From the NCBI GenBank assembly GCA_951406725.2, contig OX597820.1:55366001-55430000 (forward strand): 64,000 bases of DNA, written 5' to 3'. How positions within the stretch are numbered: position 1 is the first letter of the stretch; the number at the start of each line of letters is the position of its first letter. Origin of the DNA: Octopus vulgaris. Lineage: Eukaryota. Below, in pieces: positions 11,574 to 24,239 of this stretch. The translations under genes were made by a program, and so were the position numbers. Below the pieces are notes generated by a model. That model did not search any database and was not told the DNA's origin. It saw only the letters and a program-made list of their open reading frames with translations.

Positions 11574-13065
11574 CAATGACTGGTGTAGCAGCATAATAGT
11601 CAACTGCTACAAAGGTAAAGGCGACGCCCTAGAGACAAATAACTACAGGGGCATCAAGCTGCTGGATCAGGTAATGAAGGTTACGGAGAGGGTTATAGCC
11701 CAACTAATTAGAGAGAGAGTTAGCTTAGATGATATGCAGTTTGGGTTCGTGCCAGGGAAAAGTACTACTGATGCTATATTCCTGGTAAGACAGCTGCAGG
11801 AGAAATACCTAGCCAAAGATAAGCCCTTGTACCTGGCTTTTGTTGACTTGGAGAAAGCCTTTGACAGGGTCCCCCGATCCCTTATCTGGTGGTCAATGAG
11901 GAAACTAAGGATAGAAGAATGGTTGGTGAGAGCTGTGCAAGCTATGTACAGAGACGCTGCTAGTAAGGTGAGGGTTGGCAACGAGTACAGTGAAGAATTC
12001 CGGGTAGAGGTTGGGGTCCACCAAGGTTCAGTCCTCAGTCCCCTCCTATTTATCATAGTCCTCCAGGCAATAACGGAGGAATTCAAGACAGGTTGCCCCT
12101 GGGAGCTCCTCTATGCTGATGACCTTGCTCTAATTGCTGAGTCACTATCAGAACTGGAGGAGAAGTTTCAGGTGTGGAAACAAGGATTAGAATCGAAGGG
12201 CCTTAGAATCAACCTAGCCAAAACCAAAGTCCTAATAAATAGGAAGGTAGATCAATCACAAACGCCTTCAGGTAGATGGCCCTGCTCGATCTGTAAAAAA
12301 GGTGTAGGTAGAAACTCTATAAGATGCACCAAGTGTAAGCTATGGACACATAAGAGGTGCAGCAATGTCAAAGGAAGGCTAACTAGGAAAATAGTTTTTG
12401 TCTGTGGCAAATGCTCAGGAGCAATAAACACTGGAAATGTGCAGAGACCAACTTCTGCCACGTTCCAGGGAGACAAACTAGAAGTAGTTGATAGCTTCCG
12501 CTACCTAGGAGACCAAGTCAGTAGCGGGGGTGGGTGTGCTGAAAGTGTAACTGCTAGAGTAAGAATAGCCTGGGCAAAGTTTAGAGAGCTCTTACCCCTG
12601 CTGGTGACAAAAGGCCTCTCGCTCAGAGTAAAAGGCAGACTGTATGATGCATGTGTACGTACAGCCATGCTACATGGTAGTGAAACATGGGCCGTGACTG
12701 CTGAGGATATGCGTAAGCTCGCAAGAAATGAAGCCAGTATGCTCCGATGGATGTGTAATGTCAGTGTTCATAATCGTCAGAGTGTAAGTTCCTTGAGAGA
12801 AAAGTTGAACCTAAGAAGCGTCAGTTGTGGTTTGCAAGAGAGACGGCTGCGCTGGTATGGTCATGTGACGAGAAAGGCTGAAGATAGTTGTGTGCAAAAG
12901 TGCTACACCCTAGCAGTTGAGGGAACCTGTGGAAGAGGTAGACCCAGGAAAACCTGGGACGAGGTGGTGAAGCACGACCTTCGAACTTTAGGTCTCACTA
13001 AGGAAATGTCTAGAGACCGAGACCTATGGAAGTATGCTGTGCGTGAGAAGACCCGGCAACACTAG
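11569..13065 (+). CDS. RTE reverse transcriptase, partial and uninterrupted, with inserted PHD finger
   Basis: NYRGIKLL, QFGFVPG, FVDLEKAFDRV, GVHQGSVLSP, YADDL, C4HC3 finger at 12283-12414, [14 protein letters not shown]. Confidence 0.85.
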
Positions 13066-15190
13066 TCAGGCCATAACCCGTGGCCCCTACCTGGGACGTA
13101 GTCAGTCCTCCTGTGCATACCTTCCTTCTTGTGACACTTATGAAGACCTGTTGAGGCAAGTGAAAATCAAATCAAAACAAATCAAAATAGATGAACATCA
13201 GTGGAATTGTATTCTTTGTGGTACCAGTGCCGGTGGCACACAAGAAAACCACCCCAACGTGGCCGTAGCCAGTACCGCATCGACTGGCCTCCGTGCTGTG
13301 GGCACAACAAACACCATCCGATCGTGGCCGTTCGCCAGCCTCATCTGGCACCTGTGTCAGTGGCACATAAAGACACCATCCGAAGACCCGGCGACGTAGT
13401 CAGTCCACCTGTGCATACCTTCCCTCTTATGACACTTGTGAAGACCTGTTGAGGCAAGTGTGTGACACTTGTGAAGACCTGTTGAGGCAGAGGCAAGTGT
13501 GTGACACTTGTGGAGACCTGTTGAGGCAAGTGTGTGACCCTTGTGAAGACCTGTTGAGGCAAGTGAAAATCAAATCAAACCAAATCAAAATAGATGAACA
13601 TCAATGGAATTTGTATCTTTGTGGTTCCAGTACCGGTGGCACACAAGAAAACCATCCGAACGTGGCCGTAGCCAGTACCGCATCGACTGGCCTCCGTGCT
13701 GTGGGCACAACAAACACCATCTGATCGTGGCCGTTCGCCAGCCTCATCTGGCACCTGTGTCGGTGGCACATAAAAACACCATCCGAAGACCCGGCGACGT
13801 AGTCAGTCCACCTGTGCATACCTTCCCTCTTATGACACTTGTGAAGACCTGTTGAGGCAAGTGTGTGACACTTGTGAAGACCTGTTGAGGCAGAGGCAAG
13901 TGTGTGACACTTTGTGAAGACCTGTTGAGGCAGAGGCAAGTGTGTGACACTTGTGGAGACCTGTTGAGGCAAGTGTGTGACACGTGTGACACTTGTGAAG
14001 ACCTGTTGAGGCAAGTGAAAATCAAACCAAATCAAAATAGATGAACATCAATGGAATTTGTATCTTTGTGGTTCCAGTACCGGTGGCACACAAGAAAACC
14101 ATCCGATCGTGGCCGTTCGCCAGCCTCATCTGGCACCTGTGTCGGTGGCACATAAAAACACCATCCGAAGACCCGGCGACGTAGTCAGTCCACCTGTGCA
14201 TACCTTCCTACTTATGACACTTGTGAAGACCTGTTGAGGCAAGTGTGTGACACTTGTGTAGACCTGTTGAGGCAAGTGAAAATCAAAATCAAAATCAAAT
14301 CAAATCAAATCAAACCAAATCAAAATAGATGAACATCAATGGAATTTGTATCTTTGTGGTACCAGTACCGGTGGCACACAAGAAAACCATCCGAACGTGG
14401 CCGTAGCCAGTACCGCATCGACTGGCCTCCGTGCTGTGGGCACGCAACAAACACCATCCGATCGTGGCCGTTCGCCAGCCTCATCTGGCACCTGTGTCGG
14501 TGGCACATAAAAACACCATCCGAAGACCCGGCAAGACTAGTCAGGCCATAACCCGTGGCCCCTACCTGGGACGTAGTCAGTCCACCTGTGCATACCTTCC
14601 TTCTTGTGACACTTGTGAAGACCTGTTGAGGCAAGTGAAAATCAAATCAAATCAAAACAAATCAAAATAGATGAACATCAATGGAATTTGTATCTGTGGT
14701 ACCAGTGCTGGTGGCACACAAGAAAATCATCCGAACGTGGCCGTAGCCAGTACCGCATAGACTGGCCTCCGTGCTTTGGGGACGCAACAAACACCATCCG
14801 ATTGTGGCCGTTCGCCAGCCTCATCTGGCACCTGTGTCGGTGGCACATAAAAACACCATCCGAAGACCCGGCAAGACTAGTCAGGCCATAACCCGTGGCC
14901 CCTACCTGGGACGTAGTCAGTCCACCTGTGCATACCTTCCTTCTTGTGACACTTGTGAAGACCTGTTGAGGCAAGTGAAAATCAAATCAAATCAAAACAA
15001 ATCAAAATAGATGAACATCAATGGAATTTGTATCTGTGGTACCAGTGCCGGTGGCACACAAGAAAATCATCCGAACGTGGCCGTAGCCAGTACCGCATAG
15101 ACTGGCCTCCGTGCTTTGGGGACGTAACAAACACCATCCGATCGTGGCCGTCCGCCAGCCTCATCTGGCACCTGTGTCGGTGGCACAGAC
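13047..15190 (+). repeat. Tandem array of ~6 units (~340-410 bp) in the RTE 3' UTR with a nested ~32-bp subrepeat
   Basis: Units restart at gaagacccggc; subrepeat gtgtgacacttgtgaagacctgttgaggcaagt. Confidence 0.9.
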
Positions 15191-15295
15191 TGGCCTGGTG
15201 CAGCCTTCGGGCTCCCCAGACCCCAGTTGAACCGTCCAACCCATGCTAGCATGGAAAACGGACGCTAAATGATGATGATGATGATGATGATGATG

Positions 15296-15334
<39 letters not shown>

Positions 15335-15381
15335 TGTATATATATATATATATACATATATGTTTATATATATATATATAC

Positions 15382-15437
<56 letters not shown>

Positions 15438-15443
15438 TATACA

Positions 15444-15474
<31 letters not shown>

Positions 15475-15758
15475 TTTCGTGTCTGTTGCCAGCCTCGCCT
15501 GGCCCTCGTGCCGTGGCACATAAAAAGCACCATCCGTTCATGGCCGTTTGCCAGCTCTGTCTGGCACCTGTGTGTGTGGCACGTAAAAAGCACCCACTAC
15601 ACTCACGGAGTGGTTGGTGTTATAGGAAGGGCATCCAGCCGTAGAAACACTGCCAGATTTGACTGGGCCTGATGAAGCCTTCTGGCTTCACAGACCCCAG
15701 TAGAACTGTCCAACCCATGCTAGCATGGAAAATGGACGCTAAACGATGATGATGATGA
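15475..15758 (+). mobile_element. Short RTE 3'-end copy/RTE-tailed SINE with (GAT)n tail
   Basis: ggcacgtaaaaagcacccactac...ggacgctaaac(gat)n; related copies at 38195-38308(-), 40272-40640(-), 41610-41930(-), 61769-61950, 62343-62536, 63572-63800. Confidence 0.8.
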
Positions 15759-15782
15759 TACATATATATACATATATATACA

Positions 15783-15817
<35 letters not shown>

Positions 15818-15823
<6 letters not shown>

Positions 15824-16616
15824 TCAATATAGGGTGGCAAAAAAAAATTTTTGTAGAATTCTTTTGCCACCAGCGGCCTAGTAGGAAAAAATTAAATAGT
15901 CATAAACTATTTTTACGTTCAACATCACAATCAAGGAACGGCCATAATAGGCCATTCACCCACTAGAAATAACAGCCAAAAGCTTTAACCGCAAAATAAC
16001 ATTAATTCCATAAACCAGGAGAAAATTGAAAAACTTTTACCTTGTAATTTCTTAGACGATGCACCGTTTCATCTACCGTTTAATGGTAAACTAACCTGAT
16101 TAAATTAAATCAAGCCAATCCACCATAGGCCCTTAGACTCATCAGTAAGAAATAGCCAAGTTGGAACAGATATTTTTCACGAGGCATTCCTCTTGCTACC
16201 TCGGCAATATCTGACCTAAAATTTTCAAATCGTCGCACTCGCGCCAAATTTATCGGCAGCAAATAAATATAAGCCACCGATTCCATTACGGAACTAACCA
16301 GAAAATTCATAATTAATCAATATAGGGTGGCAAAAAAAATTTTTGTAGAATTCTTTTGCCACCAGCGGCCTAGTAGGAAAAAATTAAATAGTCATAAACT
16401 ATTTTTACGTTCAACATCACAATCAAGGAACGGCCATAATAGGTCATTCACCCACTAGAAATAACAGCCAAAAGCTTTAACCGCAAAATAACATTAATTC
16501 CATAAACCAGGAGAAAATTGAAAAACTTTTACCTTGTAATTTCTTAGACGATGCACCGTTTCATCTACCGTTTAATGGTAAACTAACCTGATTAAATTAA
16601 ATCAAGCCAATCCACC

Positions 16617-16618
<2 letters not shown>
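15818..16618 (-). mobile_element. Non-coding HHR element in tandem (~492-bp unit plus 308-bp partial copy), retrozyme-like
   Basis: 15818-16126 repeated almost identically at 16311-16618; TA on both sides; homologous to 7711-8125. Confidence 0.85.
16048..16152 (-). ncRNA. Hammerhead ribozyme, type I, intact core
   Basis: tttctta-CTGATGA-gtcta...tagat-GAAA-cgg(tgca)tcg-TC-taagaaa; 7-bp stem I; second, half copy at 16540-16618. Confidence 0.88.
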
Positions 16619-16650
<32 letters not shown>

Positions 16651-16651
16651 G

Positions 16652-16716
<65 letters not shown>

Positions 16717-16721
16717 GTATA

Positions 16722-16774
<53 letters not shown>

Positions 16775-18198
16775 TTTCTTCTAGTTTCAGCTCAGAGCTG
16801 CGGCCATGTTGATGCACCGCCGTCTTGTGCTACACTGTTATTGCAAAGAACCTCATCTAATATGTGGCACTTGGTGAAGAATGGAGTTTGATATAGCTAC
16901 TCTCATTTGCATCTCTTGCCGTGAGGTAGGTTCATCTGGGACTCTGGACAGGAAGATGTCCAGCTTTGATTTAAAAACTGCTACATCTACTTTATGCAAG
17001 TTCCTCATACTCTTTGGGAGAATATTAAAAAGCTGTGGGCCCTTGAAACCCAGGCTGTTGCAGAAGCTGGTCCTGAAGCGTGATGGCATTGCTGGGATCT
17101 TTGGCACTATGCAGTGTCGTCCCGTTCTAGCATTGGTGTAGCTTACAATGCCAAAATTTGGCACAATTCCTTCCAGGATCTTCCAGACATATATTACTGC
17201 ATACCTCTCCCGTCTTCTCTCCAGGGAGTAGAGTCTGAGCTGTTTCAACTTTTCCCAGTAGCTGAGCTGTTGCAAAGAGACTATCTTCTTTGTGAATCTT
17301 CTCTGGATTGCCTCAAGGTCCACTGTTAATATTACACTGGTGGGTGAGCAGTAATCCAGTCCAGGCGGCTGAGGATGAATGTCCGCCAGAGGACCATCAT
17401 GGTTTCCATATCTCTGGTTCTGAATGTTCTTAGGATCCACCCAGCCAGTCGTCTGCACTTTGTTGCCATCCTGGTAATGTGCACTTGGAAAGAGGTATCA
17501 TAACTCATGTTGATACCCAGGTCTCTCACAGACTTAGGTTCTGGGATTGAAATTCCCTGTGGACCGGTGTATCCTGTAAGTTTAATATTCAGTTTTGGAT
17601 GCTGGTAGTGCAGGGCTTGGAATTTTTCAGCATTAAGCTGCATATTATTATCCTCAGCCCATCTGTAGATTGAGTCCAACTCCTGCTGCAGGTGTGCAAC
17701 ATCCCTGGGGTTCTGTATTTTCTGTGAGACTTTCGTATCGTCTGCATAGCTGGCCAGAGTGGCTATCCGGGCATTTGAGGGCATATCTGAGAGGGCCACT
17801 ATAAAAAGCAGTGGTCCCAAAACAGTGCCCTGTGGAACACTGCTCACTATTTGTGTGTTCATAGAGGTGGCTCCATTAACCACTACTGCCTGACTCCTAT
17901 CTTTCAGGAAGTCATGAACCCACACTCCAAGTTTTCCAGCTATGCCGAAGTCATGCAGTTTGTGGCATATCATACCATGATCCACGTTGTCAAAAGCTTT
18001 TGCAAAATCAAGGTAGATTACATCCACATTTGATTTGTTGAGTAACTGCCTCAACACCCAGTCATAATGTTGTAAGAGCTGGGTCAGGCAGCTCCTACCT
18101 AGTCGAAAACCATGCTGGGTATCACTCAGCAAGTCATTTTCCTCAAGGAATGCAATTAGTTTCTTTCTGACTATCCGTTCCATGACTTTGCTGATGTG
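16775..18198 (-). mobile_element. CR1-group LINE (second subfamily), 5'-truncated with intact 3' end
   Basis: ORFs 17332-18183 and 16853-17458 ([25 protein letters not shown]); 3' end ggcggtgcatcaacatggccgcagctctgagctgaaactag. Confidence 0.9.
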
Positions 18199-19342
<1,144 letters not shown>

Positions 19343-19404
19343 TTTGTAAAAAATGAAGTTCGAAAATGCTGCTATATTATACAATTTTTAATTTTTATAT
19401 ATAC

Positions 19405-19448
19405 ATTATAACATGTTTCAGTTCCTGAAATAAACCTTATCAAAAAAA
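19405..19448 (-). ncRNA. Minimal HHR motif, U3-A8 variant, weak stem I
   Basis: TTGATAA-ggtt...aact-GAAA-catg-TT. Confidence 0.55.
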
Positions 19449-19813
19449 GTTATATATAAAAAGACAGCTCATGCCGTCAAACACAAGAAATTCATTTATA
19501 ATACACAACGGAGTCAGACATCTTAGAGTTCATGTATAGTTGATATATAGTTTGAAGTAAGTTCATTCATGCTATATGTTCAAAGTGTCCGATGCAGTGG
19601 CCCACGGTGGCGATACGTATTCAATACAAAAAACAGATCAAAGTGGTGGAAAGCAGTCAATACAGAAGATTGATGTTTCCGAAAGAGCGAGGAATTCATT
19701 TTTACCTTAAGCAATTGTGATGACCCATGGTGGGTGTTCGCTGGGTGGTTCTAGTGAGTCTTGTGAAGTGCTCGGTTTTATAATGCCTGTTAAGTGGTCA
19801 GTCCAGCGTAGCG

Positions 19814-20147
19814 TGACGTCATCAATGTTTTGACCAATCGTTTCGTTAGGTGGCTTTAGTCAAGCAGAACGGGACGTCATCATCATTTTGACCAATCGCT
19901 GCATTATAACTGCCTCTTGTCTGTTTCCTGTCTTGACCAGTCGCTTCGTTAGTCAAGCAGAACGGGACGTCATCCAGATTCTGCCCAATCACGACTTATA
20001 GCTACATTAGATCTGCCCCCTGTCTGTACTTGTTAGGTGACTAGTCAAGCAGAAAAGGACGTCATCAATATTCTGACTAATGACTGTCCCCTGTTTGTAT
20101 CCTGTCCATTCTAGCAGAACTAGGCGTCATCAACTTGTTGACCAATC
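19814..20147 (+). promoter_or_regulatory. Array of five CRE-like plus CCAAT modules at fixed 12-nt spacing
   Basis: GACGTCA-N12-CCAAT at 19815, 19873, 19966, 20058 (CTAAT) and 20123 (GGCGTCA). Confidence 0.5.
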
Positions 20148-20827
20148 AGAATCGGGTCTGACCCTTAGCTGTATCGTATGCATCAGGGTCAGATTTGCAC
20201 GAAAGAATTTTTTTCCTTTTTTACTAAGGCATATTTCCGTCAGAGCGAGTGTCTGTTTAAGGTAGCGGCCGTGGTGGAATTTTGCTTCTCCTTTTCGGAG
20301 GACTTATCTTTTGTTTTAGTATTCCTGGCCCAGGGTGTTTAAACTTGGTCTAACTTTTTTTATGAAATATAGTTCTTTATTTTGGCGTTGTGTGAAGGTT
20401 GCGTTGTCACTGAATTTATAGAGCGGGTTAGTTGTAAATTTCGGATTTACATTTCCAGCACATCTATCTATGTGTCCGCTGACCGGTATTTTGCGGTAAT
20501 CAGGGTTTCTAATTTGTGATTTATGCACCGCCATCCTGTTACGTAAGCTATTTTTTGTATGGCCTATATACTGCCTATTGCAGCCTGCGCATGTTATGAC
20601 GTAAATTAAGTTTTCTGATGCGCAGGTGAAGTTTGTTCTAATGGTGAACTGGTGGCCTTGTTCCAGTATAAATTCTGATCCTTCTTTCAAGATGACACAG
20701 ATTCCGCAGTTGGGCCTTCCACATTTTCTAACTGCTGGTTTTGTGGTTGATGTTGAGTGCAGTGTAGCTTGGGTTAAAATCCTTTTCAAGGATTTTGGTT
20801 GCCGTTTACTTTTAATGATAGTTTTAA

Positions 20828-20875
<48 letters not shown>

Positions 20876-20902
20876 ATATATGTATATATGTATATATATG
20901 TA

Positions 20903-20938
<36 letters not shown>

Positions 20939-21196
20939 CATATGTATATATATATACATATGTATGTATATATGTATATATATGTATATATGTATATATA
21001 TATACATATGTATATATATATACATATGTATGTATATATGTATATATATGTATATATAGATCAATAAATGGTGGGGTTGTGTTGACCGCACGTGGAGAAA
21101 TGATAAGTAAGGAAAAATTTTTTAAAAATGCAGAATGCTCAAATGAAAGAAAATTTTAATAAAATGAGAAAATGATAAAATATATAAATATATATT

Positions 21197-21237
21197 TATT
21201 CAACCGGTTTTCATCATTGTATGACTTGTCAAGAATA
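21197..21237 (-). ncRNA. Minimal HHR in the PLE pLTR, U3-A8 variant
   Basis: tattc-TTGACAA-gtcat(aca)atgat-GAAA(A)-ccgg-TT-gaata; one extra A. Confidence 0.7.
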
Positions 21238-21868
21238 TTTATGTTTTAAGAAGTTTTTTTAAAAATTAGAAAGGGGAAAAAAAGAAAATTGCATTGTTTT
21301 TTGTAAAAGAATAATGATAAAAATGTACAAAAATTAAAAAATAAGCTCTCCGATACATTGTGAGTTCGTTGTGTATCTTGAGTTTTATGTTTGTTTACCA
21401 AAAAATTACCTTGAGGTGTTAAGATCCAAAGGGATTAAGAGCATGTGATGTGTTGTGTTGTTAAATTCAGCATGTTGCAGGACAGGAAGTAGTAGTAATT
21501 GTGGTCCTGGTTCTTCAGTTCCTGTGTTGTGAGTAAGGGAGACAACTCTTTTGAGTTCTTCAATAAAACCCAAATTATAAAACTATCATTTTAGCTTCAT
21601 TTGCATTATCTTTTTTATATAATTGCTTGTTAACTTAACTTTCAGATTTTAACACTTTATTTATATTATTTTCTAATAATATAAAACTGCATAGACAATT
21701 GCATTTCAAATTGTCATATCATTTATAATAAAAATGATAGTAATAACAACAATAGTGAAAATGATATTTAAAGAATATAAGTTTTAGCTTGAAGTGATGA
21801 ATGCATGGTATCTTTATATATTTGTGTTAGTCCATCCATGAAGAGTGAGGTAGAGAAGGGAAGTTTGA

Positions 21869-24070
21869 TCAACGAGGAGTTTGCATATTAAGTTGTGTTT
21901 GGAATTTTTCAATAAAGAGATTCTCCTTGTTAATTCTCTCCTGTGTGGTGATCCCGTCTTTACATTGGTAGAAGGGGAATATATAGAATTTGGGGTTTAA
22001 GTCTTTAGCACATGAGTCTAAGTGGTCACTCAGTGGAATTTGTCGGTATTCCGGGAGATTTATTTGTTCTTTATGCACCGTTACTCGTTTACGTAACGGG
22101 AGACTTGTTTGTCCCACATAATTATGTTGGCAACCAGCGCATGTGAGAACGTAGATAAGGTTCTCGGAGGAACAGGAGAAGTTAGTCTTGATTTTAAACT
22201 TCGTACCTTGTTTGAAGGTAAATTCAGAGCCTTCAAGTAGAAAGGGGCAGGTACCACAGTTTGAGCGTGCACATTTTTTTACTGTTGGGGGTGGATGTGG
22301 TGTGTGAAGTTTGGCATTTGTCAAGAGTTTTTTTAAAGATTTGTGTTGCCTTTTGCATTTGAGGATTTTGTGTGTATTTATAATGTTTTTCATTTTTGGG
22401 TCTGTTGACAGTAGACTGAGGTTTTGTATGATTGTGGTGTATGCTTCGATATTTTTGGGGTTGTGGGTGGAAATGTATGGAAGTATTTTGAGGTTGTGTG
22501 TGGTGTTAGGTTGGGTGGTTATCAGTGTAGTGTTGTCTAGTTCTTTGGCGCGTTTTATTCCATACTCTATAAGGGTGGAGGGATATTGGCGTTGTAATAG
22601 TGTTTTTTTGAGGTCTTGAAGGCGTATTTCTCGTGTTTTTGGATCCGAGACAATGGTGCATACCCTTTTAGCTAAATTGAAAGGGATATTTGTCTTGGTG
22701 TGTTTTGGGTGGCATGAACTAAAGAGGAGGTATTGTTGTGAGTCTGTAGGTTTGTGGTAGATGTCTGTTATGATTTGGTTCTTAGGTGTTTTTATAATTA
22801 GGAGATCAAGGAATGGGAGATGATGTTTGCTTAATTCCATAGTGAATTGGATGTTGGGATGTATGTTGTTTAGTATGGTTTTGAATTCCAGGAGTTTTTC
22901 ATAAGGTTCTTTCCATATGATGAAACAATCATCTAAATACCTTTTCCAGATTTCCATTAGGTAGGTGTGGAAAACATGTCCAAATTTCTGGCTTGATATT
23001 TCATAGAGTGACAGTTCGAAGTAACCCATTATGAGGTTCGCAAGGACTGGTGCAGCCTTGGTACCCATCGCAATGCCACATTTTTGACGGTAGTGTGTGT
23101 CGTCGAAGAGAAAAAAATTGTTTGTCAGAATGAACTTAAGAGATTCTGTAATAAAAGACTTGTTAATGCAGTCAGGGAATGTCTCTGGGTGTTTTTCTAG
23201 CCAGAAGTCAATTGCCTCTATACCATACTCATGTGGAATGTTGGTGTAGAGGTTGATGACATCAAAGGATACCAGGAGTGCCTCCTCGTTAATTGTTTTC
23301 GGAAGGTGTTTGAGCATGTCCAGATCATCCCTAATGAAACTTTTGATGTGGGTAAGGAAAGGTTTCAAAAGGATGTCTAGGAAGTTACTCAGGCGGTGTG
23401 TTTCACAGGAGGTACCAGCCACGATGGGCCTTAGTTTTAGGTCCTCCGGTGCTTTGATGTTGATGTGGATGTCAGTGGAGAGTTTGCAGGCTTCGGTGAT
23501 GTATTTGTTTTTATGGATTTTAGGAAGGCCATAAAAAGGCTGGGCTTGCATTTGAAAATGGTGATATAATCCCTTTCTTTTTCTGTGAGTCCCTGACCGT
23601 GTTGGCGTATGAGTGTGGTGAGGTTTCTGATTGTTTTTTGCTGTTTGTAGTTGTTAATAACCTCATAGAAAATGTTATTGTTAAGCATGGAGAACACTAG
23701 GTGTTTATAAAATTCCGTGTCCATAAGGACCACAGCACTCCCTTTGTCCGCTTCTTTGATGGTGAGGTTTTTATCCAGTTGTATGTCACGTAGGTTTTCC
23801 CATTCTTCCTTACTGAAATTGGATTTTACCTTGGTTTTGCTTGGGGTAAAGGGGAGACTCTGGATGTGTTTACAGAAATCGTCCAGTGTTTTATTTCTCC
23901 CTTTTGGTGGTAGGAAGTTGCTTTTATTTCTGATCAATGAGTCGTCCCCATTGTTGATATCTGTCAAAGCTTCTGTTAGGCGAAGTTTTCTGCAGAATTC
24001 AGAAACGTCATCCTTAACCTCCGGGGGGTTGGGTGTTCTTGGGGTGGGTGTGAATTTCAAACCTCTTGCT
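21869..24070 (-). pseudogene. PLE RT-GIY-YIG polyprotein (frameshifted, N-truncated)
   Basis: ORFs 23437-24070 and 21869-23551 join at [13 protein letters not shown]. Confidence 0.85.
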
Positions 24071-24239
24071 ATGTATATATATATACATATGTATGTATAT
24101 ATGTATATATATGTATATATGTATATATATACATATGTATATATATACATATGTATATATATATACATATGTATGTATATATGTATATATATGTATATAT
24201 ATATACATATGTATGTATATATGTATATATATGTATATA

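Larger units (their letters stand above)
11569..15296 (+). mobile_element. RTE-clade LINE, 5'-truncated, with expanded 3' UTR and (GAT)n tail, inserted in (TA)n
   Basis: RT ORF to 13065; tandem 3' UTR; ends ...ggacgctaaat(gat)n. Confidence 0.92.
19343..20829 (-). mobile_element. Penelope-like element 3' portion (GIY-YIG endonuclease and long 3' region/pLTR)
   Basis: ORF 20316-20789 CGRPNCGIC...[19 protein letters not shown]; HHR motif at 19405-19448. Confidence 0.88.
21060..24070 (-). mobile_element. Penelope-like element, nearly complete ORF (RT + GIY-YIG), 5' end lost into (TA)n
   Basis: [53 protein letters not shown] linker, LIYVLTCAGCQHNYVGQT; one frameshift in a homopolymer at ~23535; HHR at 21197. 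Confidence 0.93.

Noticed and set aside
19855-20147. Resemblance to the MHC class II X-X2-Y module
   Set aside because: CCAAT orientation differs and the X-box match is weak; kept only as CRE+CCAAT.
21869-24070. Selenoprotein-type PLE (in-frame TGA)
   Set aside because: No in-frame TGA in this ORF. The Helitron TGA at 44907 is more simply a nonsense mutation, and no SECIS was identified.
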